Below are positions 1 through 10,139 of a stretch of 64,000 nucleotides of DNA, piece by piece. The notes below the pieces were generated by a model. It had not been told where the DNA came from. It did no database searches and was given only the letters and a program-made list of their open reading frames with translations. A program made the translations under genes and the position numbers. The first letter of the stretch is position 1. Each line of letters starts with the position of its first letter. Source of the DNA: an uncultured delta proteobacterium (GTDB taxonomy: Bacteria; Desulfobacterota; Desulfuromonadia; Geobacterales; Pseudopelobacteraceae); contig CAVYYZ010000002.1 in assembly GCA_963772835.1 (NCBI GenBank), positions 1 to 64,000 of the forward strand, read 5' to 3'.

Positions 1-48
1 GTAAGATCCTTCACTTGCTCTAATTGCCCAATATTCGCCATCACGTAA

Positions 49-1429
49 TTAAAGCTGATGTTTTGCTTGATCATGTTCTTGCTCCTTAATAACTTCCCAA
101 TATCCGCCTTTTTTGGGACCAACACGCTGAATGAGTCCATCATTCTTCAATTTAGCCAACTGCATTTCTACTGCTCGTACTGATAACCCCAAACGATCAG
201 CTAACAGCTGTGCTGTTACAAGCTTATCTGAACGAATCGCTGCAATGATTTCTTCCGAAGTTTTTACCGAAGTTTTTACCGAAGTTTTTACCGAAGAAAC
301 TTGATTTGTTTCGGTAGAAACATCAACTAAATTTTTACGCTTGAACGTGACAATAAACTGTACGGTTCCAATTTCCTCGAACTCTGTAGCAGGCTCCCGC
401 TCCAGGATCATCTTGATTCCACGACCCCATTTTTCTATACGGTGACTGCGTTGAAACAATTCCGCCAACAACTCGTTACGTCGTGCAGAAACCATTTTCT
501 TTCTGATGCTGTCGATTGTCAGGCCACCATACAGCAGGCCGGGACTTCTGATCTCAATACGATCCTTGAAGATGGCGATGTTGACGGAATCATACTCCCG
601 ATAGTCACGATGACAGAAAGCATTGATAATCGCTTCACGAAAAGCTTCACGGTCGATCTCAGGAACATCTACCCGCAGCAACCCGTCCAGTCGCATGCCG
701 ATATTGATATGCTCCAGAACGTACTCTTCGGCCCTGCTGATCAGAGTAAAAGCATCTCCGTAAAAGTCCTTCATATCAATGGTAACGGTAGTGTCCAGCG
801 TACCGAATACCGCACAGCGTAACCTGGCATTGGGAAAGAGCTTCTCCGGCTTGCGGGCAAAGCATAGCACGGCAGCATTCAGCAACTTACCATCCTTCAC
901 CAGATTCAGCTTTTCAAGAGAATTAGGGATTGTGTCATAGGTGAGACCGCAGAGCTTCAGGAATGATTTCAGCTTCCTGGCACCGATATCATCGAAGGTC
1001 GCTTTATCGCAAATCTCAGTATCCCAGCGGAGCCGGTCACGGTTCTTGGTCAGGATCAGACTTTCCAGCTCTTTGGCACTTAACTGCCGATCTTCATCAC
1101 CGACACGGATATACGCCCGGCCATAGGCATAGTAGGGATGCTCGCTGCCTTCGACCTGCACCTTGATGCACTGCTTGGCGTCAACTGTTACCTGCTCAAT
1201 AACGGGGTAGATCTTTGGTTCAATATGTATCGGCAATCGCCTTGGAAATATCGCGGATCGTTTTATCAGAAACCTGCTGGCCGACAACCGTCCCATCGTT
1301 CTTGACGCCGAACCAGACTTCACCCCGCTGGTGCTTGTTCAGCATCGCAACAATAGAGATGACCGCCTCCTTCAGTTCGGAGGTGGATTTCTTCAGTTCA
1401 ACTGTTTCGGTTTCCTGATATTTCATCAC
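49..1429 (-). pseudogene. AlbA_2 (Schlafen-like) + HATPase_c_4 + C-terminal HTH 'RecG-like/ATP-binding transcriptional regulator', split by a frameshift near 1225
   Basis: The N-part 1220..1429 (VELKKS...GEVWFGVKNDG) continues in another frame as IEPKIYP. Later motifs are REAIINAFCHRDY, IEIRSPG, IEKWGRG and a C-terminal wHTH (RVGPKKGGYW). Could be an intact gene with a sequencing error. Confidence 0.8.
255..296. repeat. 12-bp tandem repeat (CCGAAGTTTTTA x3.5) encoding the KTSV linker
   Basis: Read directly; the protein shows SVKTSVKTSVKTS before the HTH. Confidence 0.9.
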
Positions 1430-1768
1430 TATTTCTCATAGGTTATCTGGATGGATACGCTGAGCTTTCATAGCAGAAAATTGCTCGAATAGCCAATGGA
1501 AAGCCTCTTCATTAAAGCAATTACGAGAACCAAGATGACTATTGATAGCGTGTGATCAGTCGCTTTTCTCGAATGCAGCATATGTGAGGCAGTTATTACG
1601 ACCAGTGCGCTTAACTATCAGCTGGTAATTGTGGCTATAGTACTGGCGAACAGCTTAGACTGAATTGCCATGCTGCATATGACAATTATCTCTAACTGTG
1701 GGTTATTACACAACTCTCCCGTTCAAGTGGGTAGTTAAAAAGATTCAGCAAATAAGGTAAGTATGGTT

Positions 1769-1806
1769 ATAAAAAAAAGAGCCCCAGTCGCTATGACTGG
1801 AGCTCC
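1769..1806 (-). terminator. Rho-independent terminator
   Basis: Minus strand reads GGAGCTCCAGTCA-TAGC-GACTGGGGCTC followed by T8. Confidence 0.75.
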
Positions 1807-1861
1807 ATTTCTAGCTATTCTGCGCAAAGCACCATGAGTGTGTTGTCAATCTCACTCAATG

Positions 1862-1993
1862 TTACAATCGCAATTTTAAGTAGTTCGTTAATAATGTAGG
1901 TATCATAAGAGTTATCAGCCCCGGATTCTGCAGGTTGTGGTTGTTGATCCCGTCCCGGGTCATCTTTCTGATTGGTGGAAATATTCGTTTCAT
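1862..1993 (-). CDS. Possible 43-aa small protein (MKRIFPPIRKMTRDG...)
   Basis: AAGGAG lies 7 nt before the ATG and a terminator follows ~55 nt after the stop. No recognisable motif. Confidence 0.35.
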   Translation of the reverse strand: MKRIFPPIRKMTRDGINNHNLQNPGLITLMIPTLLTNYLKLRL

Positions 1994-2237
1994 TGTGGTG
2001 CTCCTTTTTTGGATTGAGTTGTAGACTTGTTCAATGTGGTTGTGATAAAAACTTCTCTGATTCTTGGGAGTTAGCTTTTAAATTGCTGGAAGAGGATTTA
2101 TTTACGGTACTGACGGAACTGCATGAGGCTTCATTGGCAGTGACGAATGGTAAATGACACTCGACCAGTGACCTTGAACGCTATAACCAGGCTATTGAAT
2201 GGTCGAAACGGATTATTACTCTTGCTGAGAGGGATTT

Positions 2238-2519
2238 ATGACGAGATCGGACTTGATTGACAGACTTGCAATAGAGAAGGACATTAGTATTGCTGCTGCT
2301 GAAGCGATTATCCTGGAAATATTCGGCAGTTTGTCTGATACACTCATTGCCGGTGACAGGATCGAACTCAGGGGCTTCGGCAGCTTTGAGATTCGTGAAT
2401 ATGAAGGTTACACCGGCAGGAATCCCAGGACCGGTATGGAAGTACCGGTTGCTTCCAAGAAAACCCCCTTCTTCAAGGTAGGCAAGGAACTTAAAGAGCG
2501 GATACTGAGCAGCAAGTAG
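2238..2519 (+). CDS. Integration host factor beta / HU family DNA-binding protein
   Basis: RIELRGFGSF and GRNPRTG...PFFKVGKELKERI signatures. Confidence 0.93.
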   Translation: MTRSDLIDRLAIEKDISIAAAEAIILEIFGSLSDTLIAGDRIELRGFGSFEIREYEGYTGRNPRTGMEVPVASKKTPFFKVGKELKERILSSK

Positions 2520-2544
2520 CGTATTCTATTCATCGAGGTGCAAT

Positions 2545-3024
2545 TTGAACAACAGTTCATTCAAAACCCCAATTACTGATCGTTACTTCGAGGATTATGT
2601 GCCAGGCTCCATACATGAGTTTGGTTCTATCGCCGTTACTCAGGATGAAATAATCTCCTTTGCGCATAAGTTTGATCCTCAAGATTTCCATACTGATCCG
2701 GAAGCAGCCAGGCAGACCATCTTCGGAGGTTTAATCGCGAGCGGGTTTCATACTTCCGGATTAATGATGCGCCTCTACGCTGACCATTATCTGTCCAGAG
2801 TTGCAAGTCTCAGCTCTCCTGGTGTTGATGAATTACGCTGGAAGCAGCCCGTACGTCCCGGTGATGAGCTGTCTATACGGGTTACGGTACTCGAAGCGCG
2901 CCGATCAAGCTCCAAGCCGGATCGTGGTATTGTCAAATCTTTCATTGAAGTGCTGAACCAGAAGCATGAAGTTGTTATGACAATGGAGGCTCTGAATTTG
3001 CTGCGCTGTAGAGACAGCAAGTAG
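2545..3024 (+). CDS. MaoC-family (hot-dog fold) dehydratase
   Basis: YFEDY, FDPQDFHTD, GLIASGFHT and RWKQPVRPGD motifs; TTG start with a GAGGTG RBS. Confidence 0.9.
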   Translation: MNNSSFKTPITDRYFEDYVPGSIHEFGSIAVTQDEIISFAHKFDPQDFHTDPEAARQTIFGGLIASGFHTSGLMMRLYADHYLSRVASLSSPGVDELRWKQPVRPGDELSIRVTVLEARRSSSKPDRGIVKSFIEVLNQKHEVVMTMEALNLLRCRDSK

Positions 3025-3261
3025 GTATTATTCACATAGGTACAATCAGAGGGTTCCGTAGTCACTACGGTTCGAATCCCTGTAGTTCATTCTAACAAGA
3101 TTTATGAAATACCGTAACCTACTGAAACTTCCCAGTAATTGTTTTTGGGGGTAGAATTGGGAGTATCTTATACTGACAGCACTATGAGGTCGGTCTGAGC
3201 TCAAACTTGTATGTTAAATGCCATAATGAACCGTAACAATAACGGCAATCTTTTATTGGAA

Positions 3262-3322
3262 GTGTTATTACAATAACACATTTAATTGCCTAAGCTCAAA
3301 AAATATGCTATCACAGTAACAC
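3262..3322 (+). promoter_or_regulatory. Twin palindromic operators and putative sigma70 promoter of the hipA-HTH operon
   Basis: Perfect GTGTTATT-AC-AATAACAC (3262-3279), a degenerate copy ATGCTATC-AC-AGTAACAC (3305-3322), and TTGCCT-N17-TATCAC. Confidence 0.6.
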
Positions 3323-3323
3323 T

Positions 3324-4610
3324 ATGGCAAAAAAACAAACCGCGACAATTCAGATTTTTATTGGTGGCGAGTGGATTACTGCGGGGGAATTCGACCCTGC
3401 TGGATCCAGTCATGAGTCGGGTGGTTATTTTGAATATGATGGTGGCTATGGCATCAATTATATACCGATTGAGACGCCATCTTTGCGTGTTGGGTTGAAA
3501 TATCCAGTAAACTTCGGGCTATACCAGGAACATCGTTGGTTTGCCTTTCTTCTCGACATCCTCCCATCCGGTGCCGGCCGCAGGGTCTGGGCGAAACGCT
3601 TAGGGATCACGCAAGATTACTCCTCTGACCTTCAAATGCTACTTAACGGTGCGGGAAATGCCCCTGGTAACATTCGTGTATTGGAAGCGGCAAAACCTCC
3701 ATTGAAAAGCCATCCGGGCTTTAAAAGGGAAGACGTTATTGCCAAGAACGCTGACTTTATCGAATATGCCGAAGCTCAAGGGGCAGTCGTGGCTGGCGCA
3801 ACAGACGTTGCTGGCGATGCTCCTAAATATCTCCTTTCCCGCGCTAAAAACGGATCTTGGCACCCTGACGGAGCACTTTTTGATGAATATATCCAGGATT
3901 GCTGGTTGGTAAAATTCCCACGAGGGAAAAAGGAAGGTGACTATACTGTTTTACGCAATGAGGCTCCATATTATGAGGTGGCAAGGCGTTTTGGTATAAG
4001 AACCGGCCGGCCGCTTGAATTTGAAAATGACTCTTTGTTTATACCAAGATTTGACCGGGTGGCCGGTGAACCATTTTTAAGGCTCGGACTCGAAAGCCTC
4101 GCATCTGCTTCAGGAATATCCGCTTACGGCGTCCTGACATACCACGAAGACCTTTGCAAAACTATTTCGGAATTTGCAACAGAACCCAGGGGCGAGATAC
4201 GGGAATACCTACGCCGGGAAATTCTTAATTTGTCTTTGCGAAATACTGATAACCATTCGAGGAATACCGCGTTTATAAAATACCCAAATGGTAAAGTCGA
4301 GCTTTCGCCGCTGTACGATTTTGCCCCGATGTTTTTAGATCCGGAAGGAATTGCCCGAGCATCGATCTGGGGGTCGGGTATTGAACCGGGAAAAGGACGT
4401 CCTGATTGGATCGCCGTAGGAGAGAATCTTGGAAATTTGCATAACGACGAACATGATTTACTGGAATTCCTCTACTCATTTGCCGAACCGGTGGAAGAAC
4501 TCCCCACTTTAATGGATCAAGTCGGTGTCGAGAGAGAAGTCATCGCTGGAGTTGAAATACGCTGTAGAGAGATAGCCGCCGATTTGCGGCTTGTTGGAGG
4601 CAGGTTATGA
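3324..4610 (+). CDS. HipA-family Ser/Thr kinase toxin
   Basis: FLLDILPSGAGR, GDAPK P-loop, WLVKFP, PRFDR, NTDNHSRN catalytic motif and LSPLYDFAP. Confidence 0.9.
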   Translation: MAKKQTATIQIFIGGEWITAGEFDPAGSSHESGGYFEYDGGYGINYIPIETPSLRVGLKYPVNFGLYQEHRWFAFLLDILPSGAGRRVWAKRLGITQDYSSDLQMLLNGAGNAPGNIRVLEAAKPPLKSHPGFKREDVIAKNADFIEYAEAQGAVVAGATDVAGDAPKYLLSRAKNGSWHPDGALFDEYIQDCWLVKFPRGKKEGDYTVLRNEAPYYEVARRFGIRTGRPLEFENDSLFIPRFDRVAGEPFLRLGLESLASASGISAYGVLTYHEDLCKTISEFATEPRGEIREYLRREILNLSLRNTDNHSRNTAFIKYPNGKVELSPLYDFAPMFLDPEGIARASIWGSGIEPGKGRPDWIAVGENLGNLHNDEHDLLEFLYSFAEPVEELPTLMDQVGVEREVIAGVEIRCREIAADLRLVGGRL

Positions 4611-4927
4611 CCATCAGAGCGAAATCAACAAATGGAAAAGAGAAAAACCAACTTATCAGGGAAAAAAAAGAACTCCTCTTCGAGAAGCTGGCTTCAGGCG
4701 ATATATCACTGGGTGATGCCACTAAGAGCATGCGCAAAATCGTTGGCCTAACCCAAAAGGACTATGCGGAGAAGGTTTTGAAGATCTACCCCAGAGTGCT
4801 AATGGAAATTGAGAATGATCGCGGCAACCCGACGCTGGAGACATTACAGAAGATTGCCAGGCCATTTGGTCTCAAGGTGGGTTTTGTGCGGACTCAAAAA
4901 GAAGAAGAAAAACAAAAAAATGCATGA
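4607..4927 (+). CDS. XRE/HTH transcriptional regulator, probable antitoxin
   Basis: GLTQKDYA...IENDRGNPTLETLQKIARPFGL; ATGA overlap with the hipA stop. Confidence 0.85.
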   Translation: MTIRAKSTNGKEKNQLIREKKELLFEKLASGDISLGDATKSMRKIVGLTQKDYAEKVLKIYPRVLMEIENDRGNPTLETLQKIARPFGLKVGFVRTQKEEEKQKNA

Positions 4928-4934
4928 TGTAAAA

Positions 4935-5010
4935 GGGTCCTGTCAACCAGATTGTGTAAATAGAAATCCGGATTTTATATAAGAGTGCGTTATTCTGAAA
5001 TTTAGAATTT
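4935..5010 (+). repeat. IS256-terminus-like repeat, copy 1
   Basis: GGGTCCTGTCAACCAGATTGTGTAAAT...; alignable over ~70 bp with 11455-11533 and over the core with 13974-14000. Confidence 0.55.
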
Positions 5011-5026
5011 CCCCCTGGACATAAGT

Positions 5027-8000
5027 TTACTTCGCTCCCTCCACAACACCCCTAAGAACTTCCCGCAACTGATCAAAGTTATATGGCTTGTTGATCAATC
5101 CGGCTATCTCCTCACGGGGGATCTTAGAGTCAATATCACCTTCACCAAAACCGCTGGATATAATGATCGGTAGATGCGGATCGAGCTGTTTCAGTTTGTA
5201 GAACAGCTCATAGCCATTCATAACCGGCATACCCATGTCGGTCACTATCAGAGTAATGTCAGCGGCGTTCTGTTGATACAACTCCAACGCCTCCATGCCG
5301 TTTGCGGCATCAAGGACGCTGAAACCCAGTTTCTGTAACAAGGCAATTGCAATGGCTTTGACCTGCACTTCATCTTCTACCAGCAGGACTGTACCGCTCC
5401 CCTGCCACGCTGCTGAAACTGCTTTCTGGTGTACTTCCTCTGTTTCAGGTTTGCTGAGTTGAACGGGCAGATAGACCTTGAAAGTGGTACCATGCCTCAA
5501 GCGGCTTTCAAGTTGTAATGCCCCATGATGTGCCTTGATGATGCCAAGTACCGCCGACATCCCGAGGCCACGCCCGGTAAATTTCGTGGTGTAGAACGGA
5601 TCAAATATTTTGCGACTGGTTTCTTCATCCATGCCGCAGCCGTTATCAGTTACTTCAAAGAGGATATAATGTCCCGCCGGTATGATTAAACCAAGATGGT
5701 CTTTCTCAGTATGCTTCGCCTTGAGCTCTGCCTTTACCAACGTGATGTCTATCGCACCCTCTGCATCACCGATAGCTTCGGCTGCGTTGATGACCAGATT
5801 CATGACAACCTGCCTGATCTGGCTGGCATCTCCCATTATGAAGGGGATATCAGTGCCGAGTTCGCATTTGATCACTACATTTTTTTGGATGGTGGTTTTC
5901 AGCATGGTGACCATCTCATCCACCAGCATCCAGGTATTGACCTGCGCTTGGCTTAGTGATGCTTTCCCGGCGTAGGCCAGCATCTGGCGGCAGAGTGCTG
6001 CGGCACGTTCTGCTGCTTTTTCTATTTCCGGAATATGTTTATCGGCGTTTTCATAGTCCATTTTTGTCAGGGAACAGTATCCCATGATAATCGCCAGGAT
6101 GTTGTTGAAATCGTGGGCAATGCCACCAGCAAGTACACCGAGACTTTCCAGTTTTTGGGACTGCTGGAATTGCTGTTCCAGCTGAGAATTCTGTTCCTCA
6201 GCCTTCCTGCGTTCTAACTCGCCCGCCGCCCGTATAGATACCAGTTTTAATACAGTCTCTGCAAAATGAGAGCTGTTCAACTCTTTTCTTCCGATAACGG
6301 CAATCAGACCGATTGGCTTCATATCGTAACCCCAGAGCGTGGTTCCGACATAACTCTCGGCCTGTAAATCCTGTAGAGCTGCATCCTGCGGGAACAGTTT
6401 TCGTACTTCCCTGGGGAAGACACAAACCTCTTTACCCACCACATCACCACAGGGAGTATCCTTCAGGGCATACTCGACGTTATCCTCGAATTTGCCATCA
6501 TTGTAAATTGCGAGCGTGCGGGCTGTGAGGCTGTCTCCATGGAGGGTATCAATACAGACGTAGTCCATACCAAGGATATTGGCAAGATAGCGGGCCAGTA
6601 ATTCAAAAAAATCCTCGCTTGTTCTGAGAGAACTGATATGAAGCAGATATGACTGAACTTCTTCGATCTGCTTTCGTTCGGTGATGTCCTGTGCCAATCC
6701 CCGGAGGCCCACAGTAATGCCGCTGGCATCAAGTACCGTCATGCCATACACCCACATCCATCCAGGACTTCCATCAACCCGGAGAGTTTCCAACTCAAGG
6801 TCATAAGGGTTTCCTGTGTTTTGAGTGTTTTGCAGGGCTGTGGATAACTTTTTCCAACTCTCGGGAGTAAAGAGTTTCTGGTGCTCGGTATAAGGAGGTG
6901 GTGGAAGTTTCGGGTCAAACCCATACATCCTGTAAAGTTCTTCGGACCAGATGACCTTATTGCTCGCTACGTCCAGTCGCCAGGTGCCTACATGAGCAAT
7001 TCGCTGCGCTTCCTTCAGGTCTTCTGTATTTGCTATGAGTTCTGTTTCTGCCCGCCTGTGCTCCTCAATTTCTTCTTCAAGTATGACGGTCTGTTCCTGC
7101 AGGGCTTCTTGTGCTGCCTGTCGTTCTGCAACTTCATTTTCTAGCTGGCGGTTCGCCAACTGGAGCTCATCGGTATATTTCGTGATCTCTGCAGTTTTAC
7201 GGCGCACCTGAATACGGAGCAGGATCACAAAACCGACCGCAACACACAGCATAATCACAGAGACGACTGCAGCCTTTTTAAGCCAGGGATCTACGACCCG
7301 GATGATAGAAGCTGATTTGTGTGACCATCTTTCGCGGGCCTGATGATAGGGCGAACTTTCGTTTTTCCGCCATTCCTCAAGGTAGCGGTCAAGCGTTGCC
7401 AGGATGGCGCTATTTTTGCCTTTTGCCACGGTAAAAAAGATGTCAAACGGGTTGAACATGACACCGGTTGACTTGAGGTCGTATTCGGATTGCTTTGCCG
7501 TACCGAAGGTGTTGTTGACGATACCGGCATCCACCTGTCGGGCTGATATTGCCTTGAAAACCTCTTCAAAATTCCCGTATTCTACATAGGTGCATGGTAT
7601 GCTAAATTTCTCCACCAGGTTTTTGAAGTTAGCGGCGTTGAAATCGCCTTTCATCAGGGCAATCTTCTTGTTCTTTACATCACGAATGCTGTCAATGGGA
7701 GAACCATTGGGAGCGTAAAGTTCGGCCCATACCGTAAGCAACGGGATTTTGCCATAGTCCATGAACTGAGTGCGCTCGTCGGTTAAGGCGACATTAGTGA
7801 GGACATCAACTTCACCGGACTTTATCCGCGAGAGACCTTCTGACCAGTTGCCATACACGTATTCGATGGCCCAGCCTTCACGCTTGGCAATTTCACTGAG
7901 AAAATCGACATAAAAGCCCTGTACGGTGCCATCCTTGGCCTGAAAGAGGGTGGGATAGAAGTTGAATGCTGCAATACGGATTTTTTGGGGAGTTGGAGTA

Positions 8001-8065
8001 TCAGCGGAGACAAGCGATGCTGTTAGCATGATTGTAATTACTAATAATAGCAGAATCCGCTTCAT
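5027..8065 (-). CDS. Hybrid sensor histidine kinase (periplasmic PBP - TM - PAS - GAF - HisKA - HATPase - REC)
   Basis: Signal peptide MKRILLLL after a GGAGG RBS; PBPb domain; LAGGIAHDFNN; FYTTKFTGRGLG; REC with TDMGMP. Confidence 0.93.
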   Translation of the reverse strand: MKRILLLLVITIMLTASLVSADTPTPQKIRIAAFNFYPTLFQAKDGTVQGFYVDFLSEIAKREGWAIEYVYGNWSEGLSRIKSGEVDVLTNVALTDERTQFMDYGKIPLLTVWAELYAPNGSPIDSIRDVKNKKIALMKGDFNAANFKNLVEKFSIPCTYVEYGNFEEVFKAISARQVDAGIVNNTFGTAKQSEYDLKSTGVMFNPFDIFFTVAKGKNSAILATLDRYLEEWRKNESSPYHQARERWSHKSASIIRVVDPWLKKAAVVSVIMLCVAVGFVILLRIQVRRKTAEITKYTDELQLANRQLENEVAERQAAQEALQEQTVILEEEIEEHRRAETELIANTEDLKEAQRIAHVGTWRLDVASNKVIWSEELYRMYGFDPKLPPPPYTEHQKLFTPESWKKLSTALQNTQNTGNPYDLELETLRVDGSPGWMWVYGMTVLDASGITVGLRGLAQDITERKQIEEVQSYLLHISSLRTSEDFFELLARYLANILGMDYVCIDTLHGDSLTARTLAIYNDGKFEDNVEYALKDTPCGDVVGKEVCVFPREVRKLFPQDAALQDLQAESYVGTTLWGYDMKPIGLIAVIGRKELNSSHFAETVLKLVSIRAAGELERRKAEEQNSQLEQQFQQSQKLESLGVLAGGIAHDFNNILAIIMGYCSLTKMDYENADKHIPEIEKAAERAAALCRQMLAYAGKASLSQAQVNTWMLVDEMVTMLKTTIQKNVVIKCELGTDIPFIMGDASQIRQVVMNLVINAAEAIGDAEGAIDITLVKAELKAKHTEKDHLGLIIPAGHYILFEVTDNGCGMDEETSRKIFDPFYTTKFTGRGLGMSAVLGIIKAHHGALQLESRLRHGTTFKVYLPVQLSKPETEEVHQKAVSAAWQGSGTVLLVEDEVQVKAIAIALLQKLGFSVLDAANGMEALELYQQNAADITLIVTDMGMPVMNGYELFYKLKQLDPHLPIIISSGFGEGDIDSKIPREEIAGLINKPYNFDQLREVLRGVVEGAK

Positions 8066-8199
8066 GAAACCTCCAACAGGGCTGTTGAATTGATGAAAAA
8101 CAGGTTCGGTTCGGAAATCAGTGCTTATATGAGATGTCATTTATTTATTTTTTAAACTTATATCACAGCTATTTCGGTAGCAAAACACTTTTAGTTCAG

Positions 8200-8244
8200 T
8201 GACGTTCCCCCTATATACCGGTCCGGTTTTTAGGGGGGGCGTCA
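8200..8244. repeat. 45-bp imperfect palindrome resembling two fused IS termini (TGAC...GTCA)
   Basis: TGACGTTCCCCCTATATACCGG-T-CCGGTTTTTAGGGGGGGCGTCA. Confidence 0.6.
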
Positions 8245-8769
8245 ATATACTGCCTATTTTTTAGACTTTGAGATATCAGACTATTTCGCGCTTATTTGTA
8301 TACATGCCAAAGATAAGTATTGACACGTGATTTCAGCTAGTTACACGACCTGTCTATTCTCTGTGCAAACCGATAAAACACTAGATCTTATGTGACATTT
8401 ATGAAACATATCCACAGAGTCAACAGGGTTTTCCACATATTTTGTGGATTGTTTGTCATCTTAGAAATTACAGTTACTTAGTGACATTTTAATCTTTCTT
8501 AGCCCATTACGAGAGCAGAAAACTACTACATTTTTTGACAATAGTTACTGGTTTAAGATCTCTCCATACAGCCCCCGGATATTCAAAAGGTGGAACGTGA
8601 GTGTGAACGTTGCTGGCCGTGCTTGCAGCGTGAGATAAACATGCAACTGCCTGATATTAGGTGATAACATCAATGTGAGCAATTGGAAGAGGTTTCAATA
8701 TGTAACTGTCGTGGCGAGGACCTGTGCCGGAAAACAAAAAATTGACGGCAAGATAGTTCGAGAGGGGTA

Positions 8770-9288
8770 TTAAAGAAGTCTATCGATGAGCTTGGATCTG
8801 ATTTTATTATCACCGCTCTTTACTAATATGGTTCTTTTGGGAACCCGAATCCGGGCAATATCAGTCGCAGCATTAACATTGTGCATTTTCGTAATGTTAA
8901 TTAAAAAATCAATAACGTCGTCAAGTACATGTGGTTGATCCTTTATTTTTCTGATTGCACTCAACAATCCCTCTTCCCAATTTTCAAGCCGCCTGGTATC
9001 AGGATCTTCAAATAGTATAATATATTTACCGCCACCCAACGCTTCTACCGCTTTCAGTATCTCTGAATGAGAAAAATTAAGAAATTTCATTACGAGCGCC
9101 ATGGAGAGCGGATGTATGGGCTTTATTTTATCATTAAAGCACCGGTCGGCTGCTACTGCAGTGAGGTGCTTGCTCACGCCGCTATCATTGAAAAAACTAT
9201 CGATATTTGTAAATCCACTCTTCAATAATCGAGAATGAATCGTTTTCTGTAATGCAATCTGATAGTTTAGAATCTCCTTTACAGACAT
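8770..9288 (-). CDS. Hypothetical protein (172 aa)
   Basis: AT-rich ORF with a GGGGG RBS-like run; no recognisable motif. Confidence 0.6.
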   Translation of the reverse strand: MSVKEILNYQIALQKTIHSRLLKSGFTNIDSFFNDSGVSKHLTAVAADRCFNDKIKPIHPLSMALVMKFLNFSHSEILKAVEALGGGKYIILFEDPDTRRLENWEEGLLSAIRKIKDQPHVLDDVIDFLINITKMHNVNAATDIARIRVPKRTILVKSGDNKIRSKLIDRLL

Positions 9289-9453
9289 GCGCCCCCCTTC
9301 GTACGAATAAAGTTGACAGAAATGACCTCATTCTACTCGTGACAATCACTCACGGCTATGAGTATCGCTTTTTTCGGGAAATAGTATGGTCAGTACTCCA
9401 ACTGGCTGCTATGTGTATGTCCGGCGGGTGGCTGCTTGATGCCGGTCAAGGCA

Positions 9454-9879
9454 TTACCGATGATCCGGCTTGTCAGGTGCTGCTTGTAGTGCGGCAGGAA
9501 TTGAGATGGCGTTGTTTTGAAGTAATTGAACCGTGATATTTGTTTCGTCTAAATCCCATGCACCCGGCGTAAGTATGCCTATAACGGGTACAAGAAGCAC
9601 CAACCCACCTACAAAATCCAGAACCCCTGTTGCATTCATGTGGTATCCGATTGAACGTCCATACGTGTTATATCCGGGCTTATGGGCCTGGATATACAAG
9701 GAGCGGTCTCGTTTTGCTTCTACCTTTAAAGGGCAGTTCTTGTACTGACCGTCTATCACAATAATGGTTTCCGGCTCAGCGCATGAGATAGTGACTGTCT
9801 GAGTCGTGTCCCTGAATGCCGAACACCCCTGAAGCACAAGAAACGACACGACAGTAACCAAAGCACATATCTTTTTCAT
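9454..9879 (-). CDS. Lipoprotein, PEGA-like domain with C-terminal hydrophobic segment
   Basis: MKKICALVTVVSFLVLQG-C lipobox; HKPGYN PEGA-like motif; GGAG RBS. Confidence 0.75.
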   Translation of the reverse strand: MKKICALVTVVSFLVLQGCSAFRDTTQTVTISCAEPETIIVIDGQYKNCPLKVEAKRDRSLYIQAHKPGYNTYGRSIGYHMNATGVLDFVGGLVLLVPVIGILTPGAWDLDETNITVQLLQNNAISIPAALQAAPDKPDHR

Positions 9880-10139
9880 AGCGTCTCCGCGACTTTCAGG
9901 TATCGTTACGTGGAACCGGCTCATCCCTGCAAACCATATCGAGCTGCCAGTATATCATTTGAGGTGTTTACAAGTAAATGAATCACTACACACCCCTTCC
10001 CCCTACTCCGCCGCCCCCTGACGTTTTGGTGCTTCCGGTAAGTTCAGGTACCGGCATCTTCTTCAATGGCGTCTTCGATTTCTGAAAACGGCCCCCCCCG
10101 TACCGGCTCCGGATTTTTCAATCTCATTCGGGCGTGGGT

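Noticed and set aside
255..296. Tandem repeats here and at 42044-42077 as CRISPR arrays
   Set aside because: The units are contiguous with no unique spacers, and no cas genes are present.
1688..1740. TCTAAC… and CTCCCGTTCAAGTGGGTAG as an attC site or IS end
   Set aside because: No complementary partner arm was found, and no integrase or transposase is in the window.
3050..3090. GGTTCGAATCCC as a functional tRNA
   Set aside because: No D-arm, anticodon arm, acceptor stem or CCA can be folded.
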